DNA of 64,000 nucleotides. Origin: an uncultured Verrucomicrobiota bacterium. Lineage in GTDB: Bacteria; Verrucomicrobiota; Verrucomicrobiia; Palsa-1439; CAZOTB01. The stretch is taken from the NCBI GenBank assembly GCA_964582645.1, contig CAZOTB010000002.1:12777-76776 (forward strand), written 5' to 3'. The notes beneath the pieces were generated by a model. It saw only the letters and a list, made by a program, of their open reading frames with translations, made no database searches and had not been told where the DNA came from. Positions 18,951-28,743 of this stretch are shown piece by piece (position 1 is the stretch's first letter; every line of letters starts with the position of its first letter). The position numbers were made by a program, and so were the translations under genes.

Positions 18951-19652
18951 TCACAAGCACTGCACCAGTTCTCGCAGATCGCCGATGACTGCCCGTTGCC
19001 GGTCGGCCTCCAACTTCCGATCCAGCCTCACCGCATTCAAACCCGCTGCATTTGCTCCCTCAACGTCCTCGCGTGCGTGATCGCCGACGTGCAGCGCTTC
19101 GTGGGGCTGGATGCCGAGCCGCTCGCAGGTGAGTTGGAAGATGCGCGGGTCGGGTTTCTCGATGCCGACCTCGGTGGAGATGAGCACGGTGTCGAACAAG
19201 GATGCGATGCCCATGCCTTCGATGAGCCGACGTAATCGAACATCCCAGTTGGAGATCAAGGCGGTCTTGAGTCCCCGGCCTCGCGTTTCGAGCAACGCGG
19301 GAAACGCGTCGGGATAAAGCCGCCACACGTCGGTTTCGGCAAATCGCCAGTAGAGTTCGGCGAAGAACCTCTCTGGCTCACGGACGGAGATGTGGAGCGA
19401 ATCGAGCACGTCGAACACGAGCGCCTTCCACCAATCGTAGCCTTCGTTGACGAGGGGTGACGGGCAACCGAGAACCGAGAACCGAGAACCGCGCCGTTCC
19501 GCGAACGCTTTGCGGAATGCGGTCTCCATTGTTTGCGGTTCGACCTTCGGGCCGTGACGGGACACAGCCTCTGCATACACGTGTCCCACGCTCGGATGCG
19601 CATGCAGCAACGTGCCGGCGGCGTCGAAGAAAATGGCTTTGATTTGAGGCAT
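18951..19652 (-). CDS. HAD-family hydrolase (haloacid dehalogenase-like)
   Basis: ATG at complement 19650-19652 (MPQIKAIFFDAAGTL: the HAD motif I DxDGT variant FFDAAGT). The upstream part of the track ORF is a spurious extension. Confidence 0.75.
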   Translation of the reverse strand: MPQIKAIFFDAAGTLLHAHPSVGHVYAEAVSRHGPKVEPQTMETAFRKAFAERRGSRFSVLGCPSPLVNEGYDWWKALVFDVLDSLHISVREPERFFAELYWRFAETDVWRLYPDAFPALLETRGRGLKTALISNWDVRLRRLIEGMGIASLFDTVLISTEVGIEKPDPRIFQLTCERLGIQPHEALHVGDHAREDVEGANAAGLNAVRLDRKLEADRQRAVIGDLRELVQCL

Positions 19653-19673
19653 CGGTTGACTAGGTTGGGCGCG

Positions 19674-20318
19674 ATGAACCGTTTCTGGCTGCTGTTGCTC
19701 GTGCCTCAACTCTGCGCCGCCAGAATCGTTCAGGTGGACGATCTGGTCAAGAAGCACAGCAGTCATGCCCCCGGCACCGTTGTGCACGAGACCACCAGCT
19801 ACATGATCGCCCCCAGCGACGCCTGGCTGCCCTCCGGCTACAAGATCGGCCCCGCGTTCCGGTACCGCTTCGCCGGCGTGGAGCGCGAAGGCAAGCGAGT
19901 CTATATCAAGCTGCGGGTCGAGAACCTCTTCCTTGAACGGTTCATCGCGCGCAATCAGTCGGCCCAGCACAATTCGAAGACCGGCTCGGCTTCGAGTACG
20001 CGCCGTACCCAGTCCACGGAGTTCGAGTTGTTGCTGCCCGTCGAGAATGGCCGAGCGATCTTTCCATTCCCGACGCGGATTGTGAGCGACCCGCACTCCG
20101 AGCACGTCCCCGTATCGGAAGCGGTGCTGGAGGTGGTTTCGGGACGGTTGCGGGTGTTGGAAGTGGCTGGGAAGGTTTATCCTGCGACGAAATTGCCGTG
20201 GTCGCCGCCGCGCGAGTGGCCACGCGAGAACGAAACGGTGTATGTCGGCGCGAGGCCGGAGACCGAGCCAGCCCAGCCACCACCGAGCGACGTGCTGAAG
20301 ATGCCGGGCGCTCCATAG
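19674..20318 (+). CDS. hypothetical secreted protein
   Basis: ATG at 19674 (MNRFWLLLLVPQLCAA), signal peptide. No recognised domain. Confidence 0.45.
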   Translation: MNRFWLLLLVPQLCAARIVQVDDLVKKHSSHAPGTVVHETTSYMIAPSDAWLPSGYKIGPAFRYRFAGVEREGKRVYIKLRVENLFLERFIARNQSAQHNSKTGSASSTRRTQSTEFELLLPVENGRAIFPFPTRIVSDPHSEHVPVSEAVLEVVSGRLRVLEVAGKVYPATKLPWSPPREWPRENETVYVGARPETEPAQPPPSDVLKMPGAP

Positions 20319-20363
20319 CATTGGGCTCCCTCACGTTAATCAACCTTGACTGCGGTGCGTACG

Positions 20364-20378
20364 AGGCATGTAATGCCT
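20364..20378. promoter_or_regulatory. candidate operator palindrome aggcatgtaatgcct, about 20 bp upstream of the LacI-family gene
   Basis: 6-bp arms with a 3-bp spacer, seen in the sequence. Any function is pure inference. Confidence 0.2.
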
Positions 20379-20398
20379 GAAGCGATGCTGTTAGTAGC

Positions 20399-21427
20399 AT
20401 GGTAACTCTCAAGCAAATCGCGGAGACCGCAGGCGTTTCGATCATGACCGTGTCGAAGGTCATGCGCGACTATCCCGATATCGCGCCGAAGACGAAGGAA
20501 CGCATCCGCGCCATCGCCAACGAGCTCGGCTATGTGCCGGATGGGGCCGCTCGCAGTTTGCGGACGCGTTCGACGCAGACTATCGGCGTGGTCCTGCCGA
20601 GCATCAGCCATGTGTACTATCCGAGGGTGTTCGTCGGGATCGAACAGGTCGCCCGGGCGCGCGGCTACCGGCTGTTGCTGTCGCACACCAACGATGACGC
20701 CAATCAGGAGATGGCGGAAATCAAGGAAATGCTCTCGCGCAAGGTGGACGGGCTGTTGATCGTGCCCGCGAGCCGATTCGACAGCAGCTACGAGATTTAC
20801 TCGTTGATCGAAAGCCGCCGCGTGCCGACGGTGATCATGGACCGGCATCCGGCACAGCTCGGGAATTTCCTTCGTGTGGTGTCCGACGACCGGCAGGGCG
20901 GCTATCTCGCGGCGAAGCATCTGATTGACATGGGTCACCGCGACATAGCGTTGCTGAGCGGGCCGGCAGGCTGCACATCAACGCAGGAACGCACCGAGGG
21001 GTTCAAACGAGCGTTGCAAGAGAGCGGCATCGCCTATCGCGATGAGCTTGTCTTCTCCGCCGGTACCGACGTGGCCGACGGACAGAAGGCCGCATCCGAA
21101 CTCGTCAACGAGCGTGCCAGATGCACCGCCATCCTCGCCCATAACGACCTGGTGGCCATTGGCGCGGCCGAGTTTTTCTTCGCTCAAAAATGGCGTGTGC
21201 CCGAGGACATTTCGATCGTGGGTTACGGCGACGTGCAAGTGGCGTCGCTGTATCGGGTGCCGCTCACCACCGTTCGTCAGCCGCAATCGGCGCTCGGCCA
21301 AATCGCGATCCAGCTTCTCCTCGAGAAGATGGCTGGCCGTCCCACCGAGTCGCGTCGGATGCCGGTCGAAGTCATCGTGCGCGCCAGCACCGCCGGGCCG
21401 AAAGCCGCCCTTTCCTCCCGCAAATGA
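20399..21427 (+). CDS. LacI-family transcriptional regulator
   Basis: N-terminal HTH (VTLKQIAETAGVSIMTVSKVM) and a periplasmic-binding-protein-like sugar-binding core. Confidence 0.85.
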   Translation: MVTLKQIAETAGVSIMTVSKVMRDYPDIAPKTKERIRAIANELGYVPDGAARSLRTRSTQTIGVVLPSISHVYYPRVFVGIEQVARARGYRLLLSHTNDDANQEMAEIKEMLSRKVDGLLIVPASRFDSSYEIYSLIESRRVPTVIMDRHPAQLGNFLRVVSDDRQGGYLAAKHLIDMGHRDIALLSGPAGCTSTQERTEGFKRALQESGIAYRDELVFSAGTDVADGQKAASELVNERARCTAILAHNDLVAIGAAEFFFAQKWRVPEDISIVGYGDVQVASLYRVPLTTVRQPQSALGQIAIQLLLEKMAGRPTESRRMPVEVIVRASTAGPKAALSSRK

Positions 21428-22749
21428 TCCGCCGCTACTCCCGCGCTGTGATGCGCGACATCTGGGAAGAGCAGAACAAGCTCTCCATCTGGCTCAAGAT
21501 CGAAATCCTCGCCTCCGAGGCGCAGTGCGAACTGGGCATTGTCCCCAGGAAGGACCTCGAGATCATCAAGGCCAGGGCGGCGTTCACCGTCGCGGAATGC
21601 CACGAGATCGAAAAAGTCACCAACCACGACGTCATCGCGTTCCTGACGTGCGTCGCCAATCACATCCAAGACCCGGCCAGCCGGTGGGTGCATCAGGGCA
21701 TGACCAGCAGCGACGTGCTCGATACCTGCATCGCGGTGCAGATGCAGCAGGCGGCGGACATTCTCATCGACGATGTGAAGAAACTGCGTGAGACGGTGGC
21801 GAAGCGGGCGAAGGAACACAAGCTCACGCCCATGATCGGCCGCAGCCATGGCATCCACGCCGAACCGATCACGTTCGGGCTTAAGGTGGCTTTGATGTAC
21901 GACGAGTTTGGCCGTGCGCTCGAACGCCTGCAACGCGCCCGCGAGATCATCAGCGTGGGCAAGATCAGCGGCGCGGTCGGCACCCACGCGCATCTCGATC
22001 CGTTCGTCGAAAAGTATGTCTGCGAGAAGTTGGGACTCAAGCCGGCGAAGATTTCGACCCAGATTCTGCAGCGGGACCGGCACGCCGAGTACCTGAACCA
22101 CCTTGCGGTGGTGGCCTGCTCGATCGAGCGCTGGGCGACGGAGATCCGGCACTTGCAGCGCACCGAAGTCTTGGAAGCGGAAGAGTTTTTCGCCGCGGGC
22201 CAGAAAGGTTCAAGTGCGATGCCGCACAAGCGCAACCCGATCACCTGCGAGCGACTTGCCGGCCTCGCGCGCGTGATCCGCGGCAACGCGGTCGCTGCGA
22301 TGGAGAACGTGGCGCTCTGGCACGAGCGCGACATCACCCACAGCAGCGTCGAACGGATCATCCTGCCGGACTCGACGACGTTGCTCGATTACATGCTCGT
22401 GACGCTCGACAAGGTGATGGCGCAGTTGCTGGTCTATCCCGAAAGGATGGCGCAGAACCTCGCCAACAGCGCCGGGCTGATCCACAGCCAGAGCGTGTTG
22501 TTGAAGCTCACGCAGAAAGGTGTGAGCCGGGAGGATTCGTACGGGATCGTCCAGCGCAATGCGATGAAGACCTGGGAGACGGTGCGTTCGAGCAAGACGT
22601 ATCCCACCGGCGATGAGTTCAAGCACACACTGCTGGCGGATCCGGAAGTGGCGAAACACCTGACGAAGAAGGAGATCGAGGAGTTGTTCGATATCCAGCG
22701 TCACGTTCGCGACGTGGATCGGACCTTCAAACTGGTGGGCTTGGGTTAG
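21424..22749 (+). CDS. purB: adenylosuccinate lyase
   Basis: ATG at 21424 overlaps the LacI stop (ATGA). Strong PurB signature (GKISGAVGT..., SSAMPHKRNP). The 519-aa track ORF is an over-extension. Confidence 0.9.
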   Translation: MIRRYSRAVMRDIWEEQNKLSIWLKIEILASEAQCELGIVPRKDLEIIKARAAFTVAECHEIEKVTNHDVIAFLTCVANHIQDPASRWVHQGMTSSDVLDTCIAVQMQQAADILIDDVKKLRETVAKRAKEHKLTPMIGRSHGIHAEPITFGLKVALMYDEFGRALERLQRAREIISVGKISGAVGTHAHLDPFVEKYVCEKLGLKPAKISTQILQRDRHAEYLNHLAVVACSIERWATEIRHLQRTEVLEAEEFFAAGQKGSSAMPHKRNPITCERLAGLARVIRGNAVAAMENVALWHERDITHSSVERIILPDSTTLLDYMLVTLDKVMAQLLVYPERMAQNLANSAGLIHSQSVLLKLTQKGVSREDSYGIVQRNAMKTWETVRSSKTYPTGDEFKHTLLADPEVAKHLTKKEIEELFDIQRHVRDVDRTFKLVGLG

Positions 22750-23114
22750 GCCACGGCCCGCGCATCGGCGGCGGCTTGGAAGGCTTTCATGGCTTTGAAG
22801 ATGTCATCGAAGATCGTGATCTGATGATCCCTGTCGAGCAGTCGGATGACGCCGGCGAGTTCGTCGTTGAGCCCCACCCACTTGATGTCGCCTCCGTGCG
22901 ATTGGGCCTCCTGCTCGTAGCACAACAGGGACGGCAACACGGCGGCGTGGAGATAATCCAACCGGTTACAATCGAGAATCACCCGCCACCGCGCGACGCG
23001 AAAGAGGTGTGTCAGCGAAGAAGTCAGCACGGTGACATTGCCCGTCTCCAATCGCCCCGCCACGCGAATGATCACCGGATCGTAGGCATCGTCCACATTC
23101 ACGAGTAGTCCCAT
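22746..23114 (-). CDS. STAS-domain protein (anti-sigma factor antagonist-like)
   Basis: ATG at complement 23112-23114 (MGLLVNVDD). SpoIIAA-like fold pattern. Confidence 0.6.
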   Translation of the reverse strand: MGLLVNVDDAYDPVIIRVAGRLETGNVTVLTSSLTHLFRVARWRVILDCNRLDYLHAAVLPSLLCYEQEAQSHGGDIKWVGLNDELAGVIRLLDRDHQITIFDDIFKAMKAFQAAADARAVA

Positions 23115-23368
23115 AGGTGTCCCTGAGAGCAGGTAAGAAACATGAAATGTACCAAGGCAAGGACGGGACAATTCCTTGCGGAAACGTGGTGAATTCTCGC
23201 GTGGAGAAAGCCTCCGTCCGCAGTCAGGAGCGTTCGCACGACTGACACAAGACCGAGACGCACTTGTTACGTGGGTCAACCGGTTTTTCGGCGGGTTTTT
23301 CTTGCATTTCCGTGTGCAGGTGTGTCATAAGGCGCACCAGATTTGTAATGAAGTTGAGGAGTGTACTT

Positions 23369-24055
23369 ATGAAAGTCAGGATTCTTCTTATCGCAGTGGC
23401 ATTGATTGGAGTGGTTGCGGTTGGACCTGCGAACGCGACTGTTACCATCACATTTGCCAACGGTGACACGTTCGACGGGGATGTTGCTGGCAGCTTGGCG
23501 GGGCCATTCACCGACGCCGCTACACCACTCACTGCCGAGATTCTCACGAGCGCGGTCGCACCGGCTGGTTCGGTGGTGAACACGGTCGCTGGCCAGCTTG
23601 GCATCAACGATCCGGGCGCGGACACAGTGGATGCCTTTGACAATGGGGAGAGCTGGATCTTCTCATGGAGTCAGAACTCACAATTTGTGGGGATCGATCT
23701 GGGCGGGTACAGCACACTAGCAGAAGACTTCGCATTTTCAGTGCAGTCGCCCGAGTTGGTCGGGTTGGTAATCACTCCCGGCAGCGCGAACGTCGCTTTC
23801 AACAGTGGCACCGGCACATTCACTTTCGACAGCGGCACGTTAAGCGACATTTTTACCGCGACGGATCTGTACGGTTCTGGCCCCATTCCCGTGATCGCGA
23901 ATACGAGGACCATCAAGTTCAGTTTCTCCGCGGCGGGAGAGAATGCCTTTGTTCAGGGGATGTCATTCAACCTCCTCATCCCTGAGCCTTCGTCCGCAGT
24001 GGCGATGACCCTTTCGGGTGTGTTGCTTTTGCTCGCCCAGCGTCGCCGCAGCTGA
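23369..24055 (+). CDS. PEP-CTERM sorting-domain protein
   Basis: ATG at 23369 with an AGGAG Shine-Dalgarno 8 nt upstream. Signal peptide. C-terminal IPEPSSAVAMTLSGVLLLLAQRRRS (PEP motif + TM + basic tail). Confidence 0.7.
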   Translation: MKVRILLIAVALIGVVAVGPANATVTITFANGDTFDGDVAGSLAGPFTDAATPLTAEILTSAVAPAGSVVNTVAGQLGINDPGADTVDAFDNGESWIFSWSQNSQFVGIDLGGYSTLAEDFAFSVQSPELVGLVITPGSANVAFNSGTGTFTFDSGTLSDIFTATDLYGSGPIPVIANTRTIKFSFSAAGENAFVQGMSFNLLIPEPSSAVAMTLSGVLLLLAQRRRS

Positions 24056-24097
24056 AGCTCGCTCACTGCCGACTTGCAAACGGGTTCCGGCAGCTCC

Positions 24098-25795
24098 ATG
24101 CTGCGCGGCATGTCGTTTCAACGGAGCACGTTGTTTCACTTCATTCTCATCGTCTGCGCGGCGTTCTGCGTCGCCACCGGTTTGGCCCGCGAAGTCCCCA
24201 TCACGATTCTCTCCACCACCGATCTCCACGGGACAATCCTGCCGGCCACAGACTACGAAGGGAACACGAACCGCGGCGGGATCGCGCGGCTCGCCACCAA
24301 GATCGCCGAGATCCGCGCCCAGACACCGAACGTGCTGCTGCTCGATTCAGGGGACACCATTCAGGGCACAGCGGCCAGTTTTCTCGACAAGGGGCAGGTT
24401 ATTGTACGGCTCGTCAATCATCTCAAATTCGACGCATGGACACTCGGCAACCATGAGTTTGATTGGGGAACGGAAACCCTTGCTGCCTGCCTGGCGAAAG
24501 CGGAAGTCCCCGTGCTGGCTGGCAACCTGAAGACGAACTCCGACGACGCAAAAGCCAGGTTCGCCAAGGTGCAACCGTTCGTGATCAAGGAGGTGGACGG
24601 CGTGAAAGTCGCCATCATCGGGTTGACCACGCCCGGCATCCCGAATTGGAGCCGGCCGCGATTGATCCCCGGCCTCGAGTTCGAGCATTCCACCGTCGCG
24701 CTTCGGCGGATTGTGCCTGCCGTGCAAGCAGCCGGTGCGCTGGTGATCGTGCTGGCGGCGCATCAGGGGATTCGCGAAAGCGGCGATGACCACGCCAACC
24801 AGTTGAACGCCATCGCGAGCGGCTTCCCTGAGATTGACGCCATCGCGGGCGGCCACACGCATCGCAACCACCCCGAGTACAAGTTTCCCCGCTCCGACGT
24901 CCTTTACTGCCAGGCTGGCTACTGGGGAACGTGCCTCGGTCGCATTGATCTTGTGTACGACACCGAGGCCAGGAAGGTCGTCAGCCGTAAATCGAAGACG
25001 TTTCTCATGGACGACTCGGTGCCGCTCGACGCGAAGGTGCTCGAATTGGCGAAGAACGAACTCGCTGCCGCCGACAAACAGCTCTCGCGTGAGATCGGCA
25101 CCGCGCCAAAGGAGTACACGCCGGCGGGCGCGCCGCGACAGGAGACGCCGATCCACAACCTCATCTTCGAAGCCATCGCCGCCTCGCTGCAAGAACGCGG
25201 TGTGGCAGTGGACGCGGTCGTTCACGGCTTGCTCGATGATCGCGTAATGCTGCGTCAGGGAACGCTGCGTGAAGCGGACGCTTGGAAGGTCGTTCCCTAC
25301 GAGAACACCGTCGGTGTGATCGAGATCACGCCGGCCGAGCTAAAGGAGATTTTGGAGGAGAACGCCGACTCGCGCGACCGGTTCCGCGGCATCGGGGGGC
25401 TGAAGATGAAATTGCGGATGAGCGCCCCGCAGGGTGAACGCGTCGTCGCGCTGACCGACCGCGACGGCAAGCCGCTCGATGACAGCCAACGATATAAGGT
25501 CGCCTTCAACAGCTACGAGCTGGCCAGCGGCGGGCTGCGGTTCTCGAAGCTGCGCGAGATTGCTGAGCGACCGAGTTCGAAGCTCGTCGAGTACGACTTC
25601 CAGACACGCGAGTCGGTAATCCGCTACATCGAGAAGCAGAAAGAACTGAATCTCGGCGTCCACGGCTGGTGGGAGTACGTCAAGGCTAAGCCCGCGAAGA
25701 AGTCCTCCGACAACCCCCCCCTCAACTCCTCCTCCCGCACCGGTGCCGGCGGGCGCGGATTGAACCGATGGATCGCCGCATCGCGGGGCTGGTGA
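24098..25795 (+). CDS. bifunctional metallophosphatase / 5'-nucleotidase family protein
   Basis: Signal peptide. Calcineurin-like metallophosphoesterase motifs (DLHG, GDTIQG, GNHEFD, GGHTH) plus a C-terminal 5'-nucleotidase domain. Confidence 0.8.
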   Translation: MLRGMSFQRSTLFHFILIVCAAFCVATGLAREVPITILSTTDLHGTILPATDYEGNTNRGGIARLATKIAEIRAQTPNVLLLDSGDTIQGTAASFLDKGQVIVRLVNHLKFDAWTLGNHEFDWGTETLAACLAKAEVPVLAGNLKTNSDDAKARFAKVQPFVIKEVDGVKVAIIGLTTPGIPNWSRPRLIPGLEFEHSTVALRRIVPAVQAAGALVIVLAAHQGIRESGDDHANQLNAIASGFPEIDAIAGGHTHRNHPEYKFPRSDVLYCQAGYWGTCLGRIDLVYDTEARKVVSRKSKTFLMDDSVPLDAKVLELAKNELAAADKQLSREIGTAPKEYTPAGAPRQETPIHNLIFEAIAASLQERGVAVDAVVHGLLDDRVMLRQGTLREADAWKVVPYENTVGVIEITPAELKEILEENADSRDRFRGIGGLKMKLRMSAPQGERVVALTDRDGKPLDDSQRYKVAFNSYELASGGLRFSKLREIAERPSSKLVEYDFQTRESVIRYIEKQKELNLGVHGWWEYVKAKPAKKSSDNPPLNSSSRTGAGGRGLNRWIAASRGW

Positions 25796-26083
25796 GTTCA
25801 GATCAAGCTCACTTTGCTCCCATTGCTCATTGATTGCTGCAATCTTCTCGCCGCTTCGCACCCAGCGGGGAAAACCGGTGCCGACCCTGCTTATCAGACG
25901 AAACGGTTTCCTCCTGCTTCGGTAACGGGCGTGAAGCGCTTCAGGAGCGACCAGCAGATCCGCTTGAACGTCCCGATCATCTCGCAAACGCCACGTCGCA
26001 ATTGGTACATCAGCACCTCCAACGCGGGCATCACCTGGCTCAGCCCGGTGACGTGGGCCGTGGCGACGCTTCAGAGGGAATAA

Positions 26084-27256
26084 CTATTCCCGCTCGATCC
26101 GCCGCAGACTCTCGATGGCAACGATCAACGCCCGCGGCAGGTGAAACGGGTCTTTGACGGGCAACGCAACCACCGTGTCCACCTTATTGCCACGCCGATC
26201 CAAGCGCTGTGTCCATTCCCCATGCTCGGGAACAGGAAAATGACGGAAGCTCCACTCATGCACCTTCCAGTACCAATCAAGACACCACGGCTCGCGGCAG
26301 TGTTCGTGCGCGAGCAAACACGCGGCCAGCGCTTCGGCGTGCGGCCACCAGAGTTTCATCTCGGCGTTGCGCCAGTACACGGGCTGCCGGCCTTCGACAT
26401 CAATCCCCAAGAATAACCCACCATACTCTGCGTCCCAACCCTTCTCCAAGCACCAGCGGATCGGTTCGCAGGCGCGCGTGACCTGCTCCTCCATGCTTGC
26501 GTCGTTGAAAATCAGAATCTGGAAGTAACACGACTCGATCCCGTGCCCCGGCACCATCGTCCGTCCGGCGGGAGTGTCCTGCGGTTGACCATCCATGCCG
26601 AGGTATTCCAGCAAGACCTGACGATCGCGACGGACAAAATGATCCAGCACCTCCATCCCAAGCGACAGGCCATGGGAGCGAATCCTCTCGTCGCCCAGCA
26701 GCTTGCCGAGTTCGTAGAACGCCAGCGAGAACTGCATTCGTTCGCGGTGCGCCTTCATGCCCGGCGGTGTCGGATACGGCGCGGTCTTGTACGTGCCCGG
26801 GTGGGCAAGTCGTTCGCAGACGCTGCCGTAGGTCTCGAGCGCGATCAGTTTCGCCTCCTCGTTTCCCGTTGCCCGTGCGTACTCGGTCATCCCCATGATG
26901 GCGAAGGCGTCGGTCACGATGCTGTCCTCGCCCTTCGTGACGCGGCCGGATTCATCCGTGGTGAAGACCCAGTAACCCTTATTGTCGCGACCATGGGCCG
27001 TGAGGAATCGAAACAGTCCGTGGGCGGCCTCGAGCCACTCATTGCGTTTCTCGATGCGATTATACAGGGCCGAGAACGTCCACAACCCGCGCGCCTGCGA
27101 CCAGATGAACTTGTCACGGCTCTGAATCACGCCATCGTCGCCGATGCAGGAGAAGATGCCGCCCCGCTGGCGATCAATCGCATGTTTCAGCCAGAATGGA
27201 ACGATGTCCTCCCGCAGGTGCCGTTCGAGGAAGACGCGCAGCTCCGCAAGAGTCAT
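26084..27256 (-). CDS. N-acylglucosamine 2-epimerase (AGE) family protein
   Basis: (alpha/alpha)6-barrel AGE/cellobiose-2-epimerase family similarity. The start overlaps the upstream gene's stop by 4 nt. Confidence 0.75.
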   Translation of the reverse strand: MTLAELRVFLERHLREDIVPFWLKHAIDRQRGGIFSCIGDDGVIQSRDKFIWSQARGLWTFSALYNRIEKRNEWLEAAHGLFRFLTAHGRDNKGYWVFTTDESGRVTKGEDSIVTDAFAIMGMTEYARATGNEEAKLIALETYGSVCERLAHPGTYKTAPYPTPPGMKAHRERMQFSLAFYELGKLLGDERIRSHGLSLGMEVLDHFVRRDRQVLLEYLGMDGQPQDTPAGRTMVPGHGIESCYFQILIFNDASMEEQVTRACEPIRWCLEKGWDAEYGGLFLGIDVEGRQPVYWRNAEMKLWWPHAEALAACLLAHEHCREPWCLDWYWKVHEWSFRHFPVPEHGEWTQRLDRRGNKVDTVVALPVKDPFHLPRALIVAIESLRRIERE

Positions 27257-28740
27257 GGCGTGCGCTCCGTACACCAGATCGGACTGCTCCAGGCAATGTG
27301 ACCGTTCTTCTGTTGCACCTTCACCAGGTAGAAATCGTCGTTACCCGGTGCGGGATCGGTCCACTCGCCCGCGAAACGAAGCTCGCTCTCGGCGTGCGCT
27401 GGACCGAGACAGATCTTCGGGGCGGAGAATGCCTTGGCAATCGTTCCCCATGCGGTACGTTGCCTCAACTCTCCGATCCTCGTGGCGAAACCGCAACCGC
27501 ACGGCGCCCCCTTGTATCGCGCCGACGCGCTGACCCGGCATTGCGTCGAGTCGGTTCCCTCCACGCGAAGCACGACCGCACTCGTCGGACGCGAGTTCAG
27601 GCGCGAGGTGCTTGCTTCGATCGCCGCCTCGTGTGGCAACAGCGACGCAACGCGGCTGACCTTCTCGATCGAGCCGCTGCCGCCTGCAAAACACGGCACC
27701 GCCTCGATCAGTTGCCCCCCGTTCACCGAAACCTGAATGAGCCAGTCGGTGACTTCCTTCGAGTTCATGCCGTCCCAGCCGAATTCGAGCCGCGCGAGGA
27801 ACCGGTGATCTGTCGAATCGGACGGAGCCGACGGGACAGAATGGTGCGCCGGCGTTCCGTTCTTGAGGATCTGCACGTAATCCAGCGCCCCGAGCGTTTC
27901 CGTTTCCCAGCGGATGCGCCGTCGCGTTTGCGGCGGGAGGATGTCACCCATCATGCCGTCGGCGAGATGGAGCTTCAGCGCGATGCGGTCGCCCGTGACC
28001 GCGTACGTGTGACGCTGGCGAATCGCGTCGAACACGCTGGATCGGTTCAGTTTCTCCGCCCATACGGCGGCAAGCCCTTCGCCGTAACTTGCAGGATGAC
28101 CCCAATGATTGTCGGTGGATGCCACGATGCCGAAGATGCGACCGCGCTTGAGTTGTTCGAGCGCGGTCTGCGATTTCTCCGTGCCGCCCATCGAGTGCAG
28201 CACGTACGGCCAATGCGTTTCGGGCTCCATCCCGTTGCCGTGCTCGGAAAAGACATCCACCACGGGTGAAACATCGGGCCGGTACGTCTCCCAATTGATC
28301 CCGCGCCAGCCCTGCCGATACGCGATGTGGTGCGGGATGAGAAGGACGCGGCGTTGTCGTGCAAACTCCTGCAACTCCCCCAGCGTGCTCCCCCGGCAAA
28401 TCTCGCCCTCGGCGCCGGGGAACAACACGTGATTGTCGCCAAACATGCTCGAATGCCACTCGAATGCGACGAATGTCGTGAACGCGCCGTCCCGGTTTTC
28501 GTCGTTGGCCTTCCGTTGGACAGCATCCCATTTCTGCCGCACCAGTTCGAAGCCTTGCCGGTGGCCTTCCGCGATCTTCGGATCATCTTGCGGAAGATCG
28601 TGCCAGTGACCATGCGGCGTGAAGGCATAGACATCGAGCCGGCAAGCCTTCGCAATTTCGTACGAACGCTCGAGCGATCCCTTCCCGTAGCCCACGCCAT
28701 TGTGGTTGTGGAGGTCAGCCCAATATGGACGCTCGTTCAT
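27253..28740 (-). CDS. DUF3604 / PHP-like metal-dependent phosphoesterase family protein
   Basis: 495 aa. N-terminal WADLHNHN...TPHGHWHD is a PHP-like His cluster. Operon-embedded between the aldolase and the AGE epimerase. Confidence 0.55.
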   Translation of the reverse strand: MNERPYWADLHNHNGVGYGKGSLERSYEIAKACRLDVYAFTPHGHWHDLPQDDPKIAEGHRQGFELVRQKWDAVQRKANDENRDGAFTTFVAFEWHSSMFGDNHVLFPGAEGEICRGSTLGELQEFARQRRVLLIPHHIAYRQGWRGINWETYRPDVSPVVDVFSEHGNGMEPETHWPYVLHSMGGTEKSQTALEQLKRGRIFGIVASTDNHWGHPASYGEGLAAVWAEKLNRSSVFDAIRQRHTYAVTGDRIALKLHLADGMMGDILPPQTRRRIRWETETLGALDYVQILKNGTPAHHSVPSAPSDSTDHRFLARLEFGWDGMNSKEVTDWLIQVSVNGGQLIEAVPCFAGGSGSIEKVSRVASLLPHEAAIEASTSRLNSRPTSAVVLRVEGTDSTQCRVSASARYKGAPCGCGFATRIGELRQRTAWGTIAKAFSAPKICLGPAHAESELRFAGEWTDPAPGNDDFYLVKVQQKNGHIAWSSPIWCTERTP

Positions 28741-28743
28741 GGT

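Noticed and set aside
21190-22749. 519-aa purB ORF with 78-codon N-terminal extension
   Set aside because: The extension overlaps the LacI gene out of frame and is R/A/S-rich. The PurB N-terminus MIRRYSRAVMRDIWEEQNK starts at 21424.
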